Virus record (IMG/VR): IMGVR_UViG_3300037851_000452
Span: 1-64,000 of that record
DNA length: 64,000 nt
DNA from: a virus
Strand: one strand, 5' to 3'
Numbering within the stretch: the first letter of the stretch is position 1; every line of letters begins with the position of its first letter. This document shows positions 37,956-47,377 of this stretch, in pieces. The notes under the pieces are model-generated. The model was not told the DNA's origin, did not search any database, and was given only the letters and a program-made list of their open reading frames with translations. The position numbers and the translations under genes were made by a program.

Positions 37956-39535
37956 TATGCAACTTCCTCAAAGCTGTATAGGTACGCCTCGCCAGTATTG
38001 GAGCTCGCCGCGTTGGTATCTAGCCATATCACTACAGTAGGAGACACTCCGGATGACTGAATGGTATACCCATCCTGCTTAGGAGGAACGGTGCCTATGG
38101 CCCAACTGACAGAAGGCTGGTTAGTAGCGCTCCAAATACCTGCGGTTACCTTTGAGAAGTCCTGAACCTTTACACTCAAGCCTCTAGATATGGTCTGGAA
38201 GGGATCCCAAACAACCGTCCTACCTACGAACCCTCCCAGCTCATACGTGGTGCTTCCGCTGATAACGTTGGTTACTATTCCGGCTAAATTGGTAGCTACC
38301 AAACCAGACCAGCTGAACACCCCCTTCTCGTCTGTGTCTTGAACTCTCAAGAGCCTAGACCACGTAGACGGCCCTCCAGACCAAGACCCAACAAAGACAC
38401 CACGAGCTCCTCCAGAGTCTGGATATAGCGTAGGGGCCTCTATAAGGTTCTGGCTGCTCACTAAAGATATGGAATGGTCTTGAGGAGTGGTTCCGTCGTT
38501 TCCTCCAGACCTAAGTCTAGAAGCGGGCTCTACTACAGAAACCACGGCAGGAGCGTCTGCTATTCGGACTATGTATAGTGTCGAAGTGGAGGCTCCGTTA
38601 GCATTCCGATACGCGGACACCCTAAAATTAGCCACAGAGACGTTGTAGCTTCCCCCAAGCCGGGTAACTGTTTTCAGCCCCTCGTAAATGAAGGGGTTGG
38701 ATATGTCCAATTGAGCGTTGGGAGAGTCGTACAGAATGGAGTCGTAGTAGGATGCAATGTTGACTACCGTAGCCTGCTCAGAGCCTTTCAAAGCCTGCTG
38801 AGATGCAGGGTACGTTGCTTCTGAAACAAATAGCAGCGGGTGTAGGTTGCTGCACCGAACCAGGTTAATCCCCTCAACAGACCCACCAACGTTAGTATCT
38901 ACGTAGTCGGAAAAGGCTCCGGTAGCAGCGTCCCTGACCCTTGCCCTGGCGGGTCTTAGGGTAGAAACGTCCCCCCTGTTAGCTATGGAAATGGGAACGG
39001 AAAAAGATGTACCGACTACGACGGGTATCTGCTGGTACTTGCCGGCCCCGTAATCCGCCACCTCTACCAGGTCGAAGTCCTTATCGGCGGAACCATTAAG
39101 AATAAAGGTGTCGTTCTCCTTAAGCTCGGTCTGAGAACCAGGATACGGCCCGGAGAATAGTAAAGAGGAAAGTATGGGTGGTAGGTTGAGGCTGACTGTT
39201 ACGTACTCTAAAGCCGCAGGATTCCCGTTAGGGTCCGTGGTCTCTACCTCCAACGTACTGGATGGGGCCGTAACATCCACCGAGCCCCTATACATGTCCC
39301 CAACTCTAGGAAGAATAGCCGTAGCATACTCCACCCGCACCCGAGGGTAGCTGCTCTCGATAATGACCCGGACATTAGGGGTGGACGAAGTGCACGAAAT
39401 CAGTAGGGAATTCCCTGGGGGGTCATCGTAGACCTTGTCTACGACCACTCCATCAGACTGGGGCTGGACGTCCGCTACACGAATCCACCCCACCCGATCT
39501 GTAGATGAAGAACCTACGGGCTCTATGCGCGCCAC
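37955..39535 (-). CDS. Beta-rich (multi-Ig-like) virion protein
   Basis: 526 aa; repeated YPGSQTELK / YPASQQALK motif. Confidence 0.6.
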   Translation of the reverse strand: MARIEPVGSSSTDRVGWIRVADVQPQSDGVVVDKVYDDPPGNSLLISCTSSTPNVRVIIESSYPRVRVEYATAILPRVGDMYRGSVDVTAPSSTLEVETTDPNGNPAALEYVTVSLNLPPILSSLLFSGPYPGSQTELKENDTFILNGSADKDFDLVEVADYGAGKYQQIPVVVGTSFSVPISIANRGDVSTLRPARARVRDAATGAFSDYVDTNVGGSVEGINLVRCSNLHPLLFVSEATYPASQQALKGSEQATVVNIASYYDSILYDSPNAQLDISNPFIYEGLKTVTRLGGSYNVSVANFRVSAYRNANGASTSTLYIVRIADAPAVVSVVEPASRLRSGGNDGTTPQDHSISLVSSQNLIEAPTLYPDSGGARGVFVGSWSGGPSTWSRLLRVQDTDEKGVFSWSGLVATNLAGIVTNVISGSTTYELGGFVGRTVVWDPFQTISRGLSVKVQDFSKVTAGIWSATNQPSVSWAIGTVPPKQDGYTIQSSGVSPTVVIWLDTNAASSNTGEAYLYSFEEVA

Positions 39536-39538
39536 GGA

Positions 39539-40000
39539 TCACCCCATTCTATCCCGGAGTCCTTCTAGACTATCCGTAGCTTGGTTGTAGGACTTAGCGG
39601 CGCTCTTGTTGGCCAGGCGGTCTAGCAAGCTGCCCGATGTAACGGCAGCCGTGCCAAGAGTCGGAGCGATGTCAATCTTGTCTACCTGGCTGCTGATGTG
39701 CCTAATGGTGCTAGGACCGCCGTCTACCGCATCAAAAGACTCCCGCCATATCTCTTTGTTAAAGTCTACGAGCACCTGTATCTCGTAGAAGCCTGGAGCA
39801 GGTGGAGTAAAAGATACGGAGTAGTCTCCAGTAGAACCAATCTCGTCTATGACTACGGGAATAGTAGACTCAGCACCGTTAAAGTAGATGCTCACGGTAA
39901 AATCCGAAGAAGACAGGCCAGACCTTTTAGAAAACCCGTCCAGCTCGAACGCAGGAAAGGAGTCGATGGTCAAAAGACCTGGCTCTGTCTGTCGGTTCAT
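39539..40000 (-). CDS. Hypothetical virion protein (Ig-like domain plus helical tail)
   Basis: IDEIGSTGDYSVSFTPPAPGFYEI; ATGA-coupled to the MshEN gene. Confidence 0.6.
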   Translation of the reverse strand: MNRQTEPGLLTIDSFPAFELDGFSKRSGLSSSDFTVSIYFNGAESTIPVVIDEIGSTGDYSVSFTPPAPGFYEIQVLVDFNKEIWRESFDAVDGGPSTIRHISSQVDKIDIAPTLGTAAVTSGSLLDRLANKSAAKSYNQATDSLEGLRDRMG

Positions 40001-40332
40001 TTACCACTCGCCGCAAACGCCTTCATAACTGCCGCCGCTTCCCTAAGAAGAATGGACACGTCTTTTATACGCTCGCGGGCCCTCTGAGCATATAGGCGCG
40101 TAAGCTCCCCCGAGCTATACCGATTCCTCCTAACCTTCTGCTCTAAAAGAAGGTCCTTCAGCTGGTCCTCGGTAATCATTCTTCTGTTCACCAAGACCTG
40201 GCCCAAAGGAAAGCTCTCTTCCTGAGCAGACAGCGCCTCAGATAGCTGCTCCTTGCTAATGAGCCTCTTGGATACAGCCATGTTTCCAATAGAAGTAATG
40301 TCCTCATGAGGAGTAGTTTTTTTACGAAACAT
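39997..40332 (-). CDS. Stand-alone MshEN-like (PilB/GspE N-terminal) domain protein
   Basis: Two 24-aa units SIGNMAVSKRLISKEQLSEALSAQ and PLGQVLVNRRMITEDQLKDLLLEQ. Confidence 0.75.
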   Translation of the reverse strand: MFRKKTTPHEDITSIGNMAVSKRLISKEQLSEALSAQEESFPLGQVLVNRRMITEDQLKDLLLEQKVRRNRYSSGELTRLYAQRARERIKDVSILLREAAAVMKAFAASGK

Positions 40333-40334
40333 GC

Positions 40335-40604
40335 CTACCCCCTGTTTCGATTGGCTAGGTTTTCTATTCTGTCTTCTACCTTATCGAGCTTTCCTCCAAC
40401 CAGAGTAAGTGTATCCATAAAGCCGTGAACGGATTCTTTGACACCTACCAAGGCAGATGTCATCTCGGTAAGGTTGGCTCGAATCTCCGCGTTAAGAGAC
40501 TTGTTGTCTTTACGCTCCTGCCAGTACGCCCACCCCAAAACCAACAAACCCACTACGGCCAGACCGTGGTTTTGAAGCGCCGCTAAGATAAAATCTCCGG
40601 TCAT
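40335..40604 (-). CDS. Single-TM plus coiled-coil protein (BhlA/holin-like)
   Basis: Start likely ATG 40604 (ATGA overlap); GLAVVGLLVLGWAYW then heptads. Confidence 0.6.
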   Translation of the reverse strand: MTGDFILAALQNHGLAVVGLLVLGWAYWQERKDNKSLNAEIRANLTEMTSALVGVKESVHGFMDTLTLVGGKLDKVEDRIENLANRNRG

Positions 40605-40969
40605 ATGTACTTCTTCACTTCCTGGCTTTGAGGCCACAAAAGATGACCAAGAACCAACCCTCCCAGAAACGGAAGGATAGGCACAATGCCGGAAAAGACT
40701 TCAGCTAGGTCCAAGACAAAGCACAGAGCTCCTATTACCCATAGTACGATCAGTCGGACCCACTTATCTTCAACCTTAACTACAGGCCAAAACAAGTGCC
40801 CGCAAACCACCCCTAAAACCAAGGGCAGAAACCAATGCTTGAAAGAAAACGCCAGGACAATCTCGCTTACGGTATCGCCCTTAACGGGGTTGGTTGCTAC
40901 AAAAACGTCCCAAAGACATATGAACGTCGTAGCCGCTATGAGAAACACGATGGTCAGGGTCTTAGTCAT
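40601..40969 (-). CDS. Small 4-TM membrane protein with internal repeat
   Basis: LPLVLGVVCGHLFWP repeated as LPFLGGLVLGHLLWP. Confidence 0.7.
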   Translation of the reverse strand: MTKTLTIVFLIAATTFICLWDVFVATNPVKGDTVSEIVLAFSFKHWFLPLVLGVVCGHLFWPVVKVEDKWVRLIVLWVIGALCFVLDLAEVFSGIVPILPFLGGLVLGHLLWPQSQEVKKYI

Positions 40970-40983
40970 AGCCCTACTCCTGC

Positions 40984-41676
40984 TTAACGAGTCCTGGCCC
41001 TAGCGCCGTAAAAAGACCACGTTGCCTTCAATCCAGTATGTCCAGAATTATGTATGGTTACCTTGTGCTTCCAATGAGGGAGAACAACCTTAGGGCTGAT
41101 ATTAGAAACGTCTATATCCCTCTTTCCAGAACCCAACATGACCAGCTTGTTAACAAACCTGGACAGAGTAACTCCCACCGTTAAAAGATGGTAGTCTCCG
41201 TTTCCAGAAGTTGTAGACACGTCTCCAATGCCTATAGGGGCATTGCTCCACTGCCAGTATCCCGTGTGTTCTGAAGAGGGGACTGGAACGCAGTCTTCCA
41301 GGTCCACGTCGTGAGTTCCGTTGTTGGCGACAGGGACGATTAGAGTGTCTTCTCCTAACGGGCTGTCCACCAGCACACAGTTTCCTGTGTTCGACTCGTT
41401 AAGAGTTACAGAGGTAGCCTCGGCTATAACCTCATAGGACACCCAGTCTCCTAAGACGCCGTTCTCCCAAACAAAGTCTCCACCAGCAAGGCGGTACTGG
41501 TCCTGGTAGTACCACTCCACGTACGAGTTGCCCTCGGCCTCAGACTCCACGTAAAACTCGGGACCGTCTCCTACTGAGGAGTCGTCACCCGCCCCAGTAA
41601 CGTACAAGTAGTAGCCAATAGGAAACATATCTGTAGCGTAGATAGGCTTCCCATCCGATGTTCTAGGAAGAGACAT
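40984..41676 (-). CDS. Hypothetical beta-rich virion protein
   Basis: Co-oriented, SD and tight packing. Confidence 0.6.
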   Translation of the reverse strand: MSLPRTSDGKPIYATDMFPIGYYLYVTGAGDDSSVGDGPEFYVESEAEGNSYVEWYYQDQYRLAGGDFVWENGVLGDWVSYEVIAEATSVTLNESNTGNCVLVDSPLGEDTLIVPVANNGTHDVDLEDCVPVPSSEHTGYWQWSNAPIGIGDVSTTSGNGDYHLLTVGVTLSRFVNKLVMLGSGKRDIDVSNISPKVVLPHWKHKVTIHNSGHTGLKATWSFYGARARTR

Positions 41677-41677
41677 C

Positions 41678-43285
41678 TTACACCCGCACTCCGTACAAAG
41701 TTGATTGCAAATACTTGAAAGTTGTGGCCGTCAAGTTGTCACGCACAGTAACTTTTACCTTGTCCGAAGTTCCAGCCCTTAAACGCATAGAACCTCCTAA
41801 TGAGTAAGAGGCGGTAATAAGGTCATTGGTTCCAGAGAACTCCGTAAACACATTTATGCCGGCGGTAGAGGCGAACTCCAAAAAGTTCTCGTTGATTTTT
41901 ATGGTAGAGATTGTGGCCGTGTCTCCACCATTCACTATCAGCTCTACTAGGATTCCGTTAACCAGAGCGGAGTCTTGGCCGAACTTAGTGCCGTCAAACA
42001 CGATAGAACTTGAGCAAAAAACAAACCTCAACTCGTTTAGCGCAATGTCTATGTCCGCGTCTGCAGCAACTTCAAACACAACGGGGGTAACAGAGCCGTT
42101 GACTAATAGACTAGAGGAAGACCCGTTCAAAAGCTTCTGAGTGTATATGAGCGAAGGGTTAACGGGAGTCTCCGTTCCCAGAGACACTGTGATCGGTACC
42201 GAACTCCCCGCTATTGTCACAGACATTGGGTCAGTAGAAAGAGAACTTCCGACCTCAACCGCGTTTAGGTTCTGAAGATAGACGTCGTCCAAATAAAGAG
42301 ACGTCTGAGAACCCACAGAGCCCGTATTCTCTATACAGCTAGCCACAACTAAGGGCTGGTACGGGCCTGGCAAATGTCGCCGGTGTACGGCTACGATCTC
42401 GCCGTTTATAGATAACGAAGCGGTCTTACCCGAAAAATCCAGCTCGTATAGATGATAGGAACTAGTCCTACCGGCAGAAGGTATGGTCACCTCAGTGATT
42501 TCAGTATCGTTTGCGGAGGAACTAGAGGAGGTTACCAGTTTAACCTTACGATCGTCCGTGCCGTCGAAATACAGAGCCACCCTAGACTGGGCGTTGTCGG
42601 GATCGTCAGTTAACCCGATCCTCGCATTCTGGTTGGCTATTCTTTGCGAGATTTTTGCGTACACAGACAATATCAAAGGACAGAAATCGGCGTCTCTCTG
42701 AACGTAGGTCTTATTGCTGCTAGAAGTTCCACTAGCAATCACCAACTCACTGCTAGACACAGAGATAGAGCCAGTTCCCGTAGTAGTCTTCCAGCGGGTC
42801 CCTGAAGATGAACCGCTGGTAGTAGACCCGCCATAGGGTTCTGACAAAGTCAAAGACGTGTCCGACTCTATAGATTCTACTGGGGCGTAGTAAGATTCTG
42901 ACGCGGAATCTGGCTTTATGTAGTGGCCTGGGATTAGCTCTTCTGTAAACTTAGTTCCAGACCCAGTGACTGTAGAGCTGTTGTTAGTGAAACTTAGTGT
43001 TCCAGTTAAAGAAGTAGTCAGGCTAGAGCCCGTAAAATCCTCTCTAAAGGAACCCTCATCTGTAAGTACCTGAGACCTGGTCCTTAAATGGTTTTCTATG
43101 TCCAGAGTTACGTTGGTAGTCTCCCCTGTAGGTCGGTCTGAGTCTTCAGGGGCATACCCCGTGTACAGGTCTCCGGACACTGGTTGGGGGGTGGTCCCGG
43201 TGGTATCGGTCCTAACCGGATTAGACTCTACGCCCTTTTCCTGGCCGTCTGTTCCAAACAATATGGCAGCCGGAGAATTGCTCAT
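41678..43285 (-). CDS. Virion accessory protein with fibre N-type barrel and ConA-like lectin domain
   Basis: GTLSFTNNSSTVTGSGTKF...SDTSLTL; HLYELDF...SLSINGEIVAVH. Confidence 0.6.
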   Translation of the reverse strand: MSNSPAAILFGTDGQEKGVESNPVRTDTTGTTPQPVSGDLYTGYAPEDSDRPTGETTNVTLDIENHLRTRSQVLTDEGSFREDFTGSSLTTSLTGTLSFTNNSSTVTGSGTKFTEELIPGHYIKPDSASESYYAPVESIESDTSLTLSEPYGGSTTSGSSSGTRWKTTTGTGSISVSSSELVIASGTSSSNKTYVQRDADFCPLILSVYAKISQRIANQNARIGLTDDPDNAQSRVALYFDGTDDRKVKLVTSSSSSANDTEITEVTIPSAGRTSSYHLYELDFSGKTASLSINGEIVAVHRRHLPGPYQPLVVASCIENTGSVGSQTSLYLDDVYLQNLNAVEVGSSLSTDPMSVTIAGSSVPITVSLGTETPVNPSLIYTQKLLNGSSSSLLVNGSVTPVVFEVAADADIDIALNELRFVFCSSSIVFDGTKFGQDSALVNGILVELIVNGGDTATISTIKINENFLEFASTAGINVFTEFSGTNDLITASYSLGGSMRLRAGTSDKVKVTVRDNLTATTFKYLQSTLYGVRV

Positions 43286-44007
43286 GCTATGGTCCTTGTA
43301 CGATAGGTCTCAAAAACCCCAGAGTACGAGATAGAGTCTGTCACTGTAGTTTTGACCGTTGTTCCGTCGCTCTCGTACATCTTCCACACTTCTGAGGTAG
43401 GAAGCTTGTTCGAGTTCCTGGTGATCGACAACTCTACTATCTTCTTCAACTTGGAAGAAGACTCCCACCAAATGACTGAAGAAGGAAACGGGTCTGCGGC
43501 AGGAAGGGTTTCTTTATAAGCCCCAGACGCAAAACCACCAGCAGGGCCATCGTCTATAAAGTGGATTAGGTGGCGTAAAGTCTCATGTCCCGAAGATAGC
43601 CCGTAGTCCAAATCTTCCAGCACCGATTGTAGATTAGAGCTGGAAGAAAACACCATATTCGACGAGTCTACTCCAACGCTAAGCGCCCCAGCCCGATACT
43701 TAAAATCAGCAGTTCCCCCGGTAGCATCTACGATAGACTCTTTGACCGTGAACTGCGTATCGGAAACGACCGAGTCCACCGTATACGTACCCGCGGCGAC
43801 GTTAGACTCTATGTCTACTACGTCGTCCGGACGGACCTGAAAATCGTCGTATTCCAACCCGCCAGATACCGTAACGGTCTTGGTGGCAGAGACTACGCTG
43901 ACTACTGTAACAGAGGACTTGTAGATGTCGTTGCCGTCGCTTAACAGCTCCTCGGCATCCACAAAATCGACATCAGAGACGTCTGACCGGGAGATAGTTC
44001 CAGGCAC
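43282..44007 (-). CDS. Virion accessory protein
   Basis: Barrel repeat (DVVDIESNVAAGTYTVDSV) plus SSNLQSVLEDLD fibre neck motif. Confidence 0.6.
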   Translation of the reverse strand: MPGTISRSDVSDVDFVDAEELLSDGNDIYKSSVTVVSVVSATKTVTVSGGLEYDDFQVRPDDVVDIESNVAAGTYTVDSVVSDTQFTVKESIVDATGGTADFKYRAGALSVGVDSSNMVFSSSSNLQSVLEDLDYGLSSGHETLRHLIHFIDDGPAGGFASGAYKETLPAADPFPSSVIWWESSSKLKKIVELSITRNSNKLPTSEVWKMYESDGTTVKTTVTDSISYSGVFETYRTRTIA

Positions 44008-44010
44008 GAA

Positions 44011-44340
44011 TCACTCCTTGACAGACCCATCGCCCGATTTCTCGTTCAACCGCTCTTGCTCTTCTAAAGCGGCTTTCTCGCTCTGAGTAATGAAACCGTT
44101 GAGCACATTGTAGACCATCGACATAACTAGCGAGAAGGCGGCGGCGTGCCCGTCCTCAAACGATGCCTGCTCTCGAGCCTTTTGAGCGGCGTTGCTATGC
44201 CTAATCCTTTCTCTCTCAGCCTCGTTGAGAATGGATATGAGGGTGGCCTGAAAGAGGTTTGAGTCCTCCTTCCAGTGACCAGCCCTGACTGCTTCTGTAA
44301 GTCTGCCCCTAAGACGAAGAACGTGTTCCGAATGGTCCAT
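44011..44340 (-). CDS. Hypothetical helical protein
   Basis: Likely start ATG 44340 (MDHSEH). Confidence 0.55.
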   Translation of the reverse strand: MDHSEHVLRLRGRLTEAVRAGHWKEDSNLFQATLISILNEAERERIRHSNAAQKAREQASFEDGHAAAFSLVMSMVYNVLNGFITQSEKAALEEQERLNEKSGDGSVKE

Positions 44341-44542
44341 TCTTCTGTTTTTGCGCCAGATAGTTGGCAATTACAAGACACGGCTCACAGAAGATTCCAT
44401 ACGACTTGGACGTCCCGGTTACTGAGAAAAACCGCGTAGGCTTGCCTTGATAAATGGCGTCCTCTGGAACGGGATGCCCCGACTGGCAGATTCTGTCAGT
44501 CGGGGCATCTACCTGAGAAATGGTCATACCTACGTCAAGCAT
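44309..44542 (-). CDS. Small putative Zn-finger protein
   Basis: CxxxH...CxxC; start overlaps the upstream stop. Confidence 0.55.
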   Translation of the reverse strand: MLDVGMTISQVDAPTDRICQSGHPVPEDAIYQGKPTRFFSVTGTSKSYGIFCEPCLVIANYLAQKQKNGPFGTRSSS

Positions 44543-46035
44543 CAGGTCTTCACGAAGTAGCTGATGTGATCGCCTGCCCTAATCTTGGTGTAGGGCGTGA
44601 TAGAGGTCGTTGACGTTTCGTCGTAATCGTTACCACCAGTAACGGGCCCTGGGTCACGAAGCAGGCCTCGCCAAAACACCCAAAGGTTGCGGCCGTTGTT
44701 GGTGGCGTCGATTGTGTACGACAGACTGCCAGGCAGCGTATGCTCCGTGCCTGCGTTGATGTCTGAAGATAACCGCTCGATAGTCCGCACAAAGCTGGTG
44801 ATGCCGGCAATGGCCGTAGCCAGCTCTTGAAGGCTCTCCGTTACCGTATCGCCGCTTCCCAAAATGGCCCCAATGTAGGTCCTGTTGCCAATCTGCGCGT
44901 TGATAGTGTTGAGAGCCTCGACGATGGACGGAGTAACGTCTGGCAGGTCGCTGAAGACGAAGTAGTTGCCCGTATTCGTCAACAGGCCAGCCAGGCTGGT
45001 TGCGCCATCCGTAAAGGCCGCGTCGATGGTGGTGCGGATATCCTTGATGTCCTGAGCAAGGTCCGCATCAGACTGGATACCAGAAGCAAGAACAACCCGA
45101 AGGTCGTTCTCACTCATCTGGTCCATGCGAACGCGGAACCCGTAGAACATGTCAACCGTGGTAGGTTGGCCGGACTCCCAGGTATAGGCTACCGACGTCG
45201 AGAGAGCTGCGCCCTTCGCGACCGCCCTGAACTCCACTTCCACGCTGTTAGGGCTAGTGCTTGTAGAACCTGCTCTCGTACGGCCGTAAATGCGCTTGCC
45301 AGCATCACCACCTGAGAGAACCTCCAAAGCCGACTCGGTGGCCGGGTCAATGATCTCAACGTACGTAGCAACGTGGTCCCCAGCATCGGAACCGTCGAAG
45401 ATCGGCACTCCCGTACGGTCAGTTGCGTCCGCGTGCTTGAGGTTTCCGGTGTCCGTGATGAGCTGGAACGTCGTAGAGGTGGTTACTGACTGCGCCGACT
45501 GCTTACGGTTAACAACCAAAGCCTTGGCGTCCAAGCTCTTCCCGGCCAAGTTGCTCAGATTTGCCGGAACCGAGGTGCCGACAGCCGTGGGCCGCTGATA
45601 GGTAGGAACCGCAGCGTAGTAGTTGACGCCCTTGATAGCGGCGCGGTCGGTTCGAGCAAAGTTGATGTCGTCTTGGAGAGAGTAGGGCTCCCTCTCCACC
45701 CAAGCTATCGTCGGATTTCCGGAGTCAGCGCCTGTGTGTACCGAGCTATCTATCGTAACACTGGTTGCGCTGATGTACGAGTCGATGAGGTAGGTTCCCG
45801 GGTGGTCGCCATTCGACACGGTCAGGAAACGACCAACAGAGGCGGTCGACATCCCCGTAAGGCCTGTGACCGTTACGACGCCGCCGCTTTCGTTGATGCT
45901 GGCAGCCGAGCCCGATTGACCCGATACCGCCGCGCCGAGAGATGAGTTCTCGTCGGCCAGGGTCATGGACGCTGATTTGACCAGTGACCCAGCAATGTCT
46001 AGGGCCTGATCCAGGGCGTTGAACCTTCGGCTCAT
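44542..46035 (-). CDS. Fibre/decoration protein, paralogue of 35124-37193
   Basis: Collinear similarity to the N- and C-terminal domains of the 689-aa protein; GC-rich codons. Confidence 0.7.
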   Translation of the reverse strand: MSRRFNALDQALDIAGSLVKSASMTLADENSSLGAAVSGQSGSAASINESGGVVTVTGLTGMSTASVGRFLTVSNGDHPGTYLIDSYISATSVTIDSSVHTGADSGNPTIAWVEREPYSLQDDINFARTDRAAIKGVNYYAAVPTYQRPTAVGTSVPANLSNLAGKSLDAKALVVNRKQSAQSVTTSTTFQLITDTGNLKHADATDRTGVPIFDGSDAGDHVATYVEIIDPATESALEVLSGGDAGKRIYGRTRAGSTSTSPNSVEVEFRAVAKGAALSTSVAYTWESGQPTTVDMFYGFRVRMDQMSENDLRVVLASGIQSDADLAQDIKDIRTTIDAAFTDGATSLAGLLTNTGNYFVFSDLPDVTPSIVEALNTINAQIGNRTYIGAILGSGDTVTESLQELATAIAGITSFVRTIERLSSDINAGTEHTLPGSLSYTIDATNNGRNLWVFWRGLLRDPGPVTGGNDYDETSTTSITPYTKIRAGDHISYFVKT

Positions 46036-46044
46036 GCAAACCTC

Positions 46045-46371
46045 CTAGGCCGCGTAGTAACTCCCAGTTATTGAGGAGTCTACGTTTGGCGTTAGAGAGA
46101 CGAAGCAGACTTGGTTGTACCCGAAACCCGGAGCGCTTTCCGCTACAAAGTAGTCTCCGTCTTTAGGAGAACGAGTTGGGGAAAACATAAGTCTCCGTCC
46201 GTTGTGGTACACCTCTATGCTAAGCCGTCCCGGATCGTGAAAGAATATTTCCGGAGTTGTGAACACCCTAGGGTCCGCTGTAGGCGATAGAACTACGTCT
46301 GAGCGAAAATACTCCTTCCGTAAAAAAAGGCTGTTAGCCCTATATATAGATAGAGGGTTAAGGAGCTCCAT
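46045..46371 (-). CDS. Single-domain virion protein (VYHNG...DY type)
   Basis: VFTTPE...VYHNGRRL...DYFVAES..G.GY matches the repeats of 37215-37955. Confidence 0.65.
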   Translation of the reverse strand: MELLNPLSIYRANSLFLRKEYFRSDVVLSPTADPRVFTTPEIFFHDPGRLSIEVYHNGRRLMFSPTRSPKDGDYFVAESAPGFGYNQVCFVSLTPNVDSSITGSYYAA

Positions 46372-46598
46372 TACGCTCTCACAATAAAGTCATCCACTTC
46401 CGCTTGAACCAGCTTAGAAATAGCCTCTAGGTTCTTAGTTCCAGCCTCTGACGCTCCACGTCCTTGAAGCACAGAACGAAGAAAACGAACCTCGTTCTCC
46501 AATCGTTCTGATTCTTTTTTAGCCCACTCGTCTACAGCCCTCTTCAACGCGTCTAGGTTAGCGTCTCGAGTTTCCTTTGAAGGGACCCCAGTGCTCAT
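46371..46598 (-). CDS. Small helical hypothetical protein coupled to sigma gene
   Basis: ATGA overlap with the sigma stop. Confidence 0.6.
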   Translation of the reverse strand: MSTGVPSKETRDANLDALKRAVDEWAKKESERLENEVRFLRSVLQGRGASEAGTKNLEAISKLVQAEVDDFIVRA

Positions 46599-47359
46599 TC
46601 TTCCAAGTACTCCTCTAGCTTCTTAGTTATAGAATTCTTAATTCTCGTAACTTTAGATGGGCTGAACCCAAACTTCTTAGCAATCTCTCCAGGCCTCATC
46701 TGGGGTTTACCGTAGTAGCCACCCAGATGGTCAAACACGTTTAGCTCGTCCGGAGTCAGAGTATACCGAACCATCTTTAAGGCATCGGATTCCTTTGACG
46801 GAGATACCGCTGTTGGGTCAAAACTAGAATCCATCCAAGAAAGTCCGCGCTTCTCAGACTCCATTCTTCCAACTTCAGCCTCAGACCACCCAAGCTTCTC
46901 TGACATCTCTAAGGTAGTTGGGTCTCTCCCAAGCTGGTCTTTAAGGGTGGCGTAGGCGTTGTCCCACATACCCGTCTTATAGTACCGGTTCTCCTGAACT
47001 CTAATAGGATCTTGGTATTTGGATATCCAACGCTGAGCCTTTCCCTTGCTCAAGTTGGTGGTTACCCAAGAGCCAAGCTTAGCCCCTTTGTTAGGGTCGT
47101 ATGTCTGCAAGGCTACCACGAACTGCTTTTGGAAAGCGGCGTGCACCGCTTGAGGAGGCATGTCAGCTCGACTAGCCCAGAAGTTTGCGTTCTTTCGTAT
47201 AAGAGGCCTAAAGCTCTGCATCAAAGGCTTTAGGTCCTCAGGATTCTGACCGTTATCTTTCCACTTCTTCCAAAGGTCCAGCTCCCTAAGCTGGGTCTCT
47301 TGAAGATCTGTCGGCCCAGCCATGGCCTCCTTCAAAGAAGTATTTTCGTCGTCGAACAA
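46595..47359 (-). CDS. Phage sigma70-family (group 3, FliA/SigB/F-like) RNA polymerase sigma factor
   Basis: Region 2 ...TYDPNKGAKLGSWV; region 3 LGRDPTTLEMSEKLGWS; region 4 HTH PGEIAKKFGFSPSKVTRIKNS. Confidence 0.85.
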   Translation of the reverse strand: MFDDENTSLKEAMAGPTDLQETQLRELDLWKKWKDNGQNPEDLKPLMQSFRPLIRKNANFWASRADMPPQAVHAAFQKQFVVALQTYDPNKGAKLGSWVTTNLSKGKAQRWISKYQDPIRVQENRYYKTGMWDNAYATLKDQLGRDPTTLEMSEKLGWSEAEVGRMESEKRGLSWMDSSFDPTAVSPSKESDALKMVRYTLTPDELNVFDHLGGYYGKPQMRPGEIAKKFGFSPSKVTRIKNSITKKLEEYLEE

Positions 47360-47377
47360 GGCTAAATCCTCGGGTCA

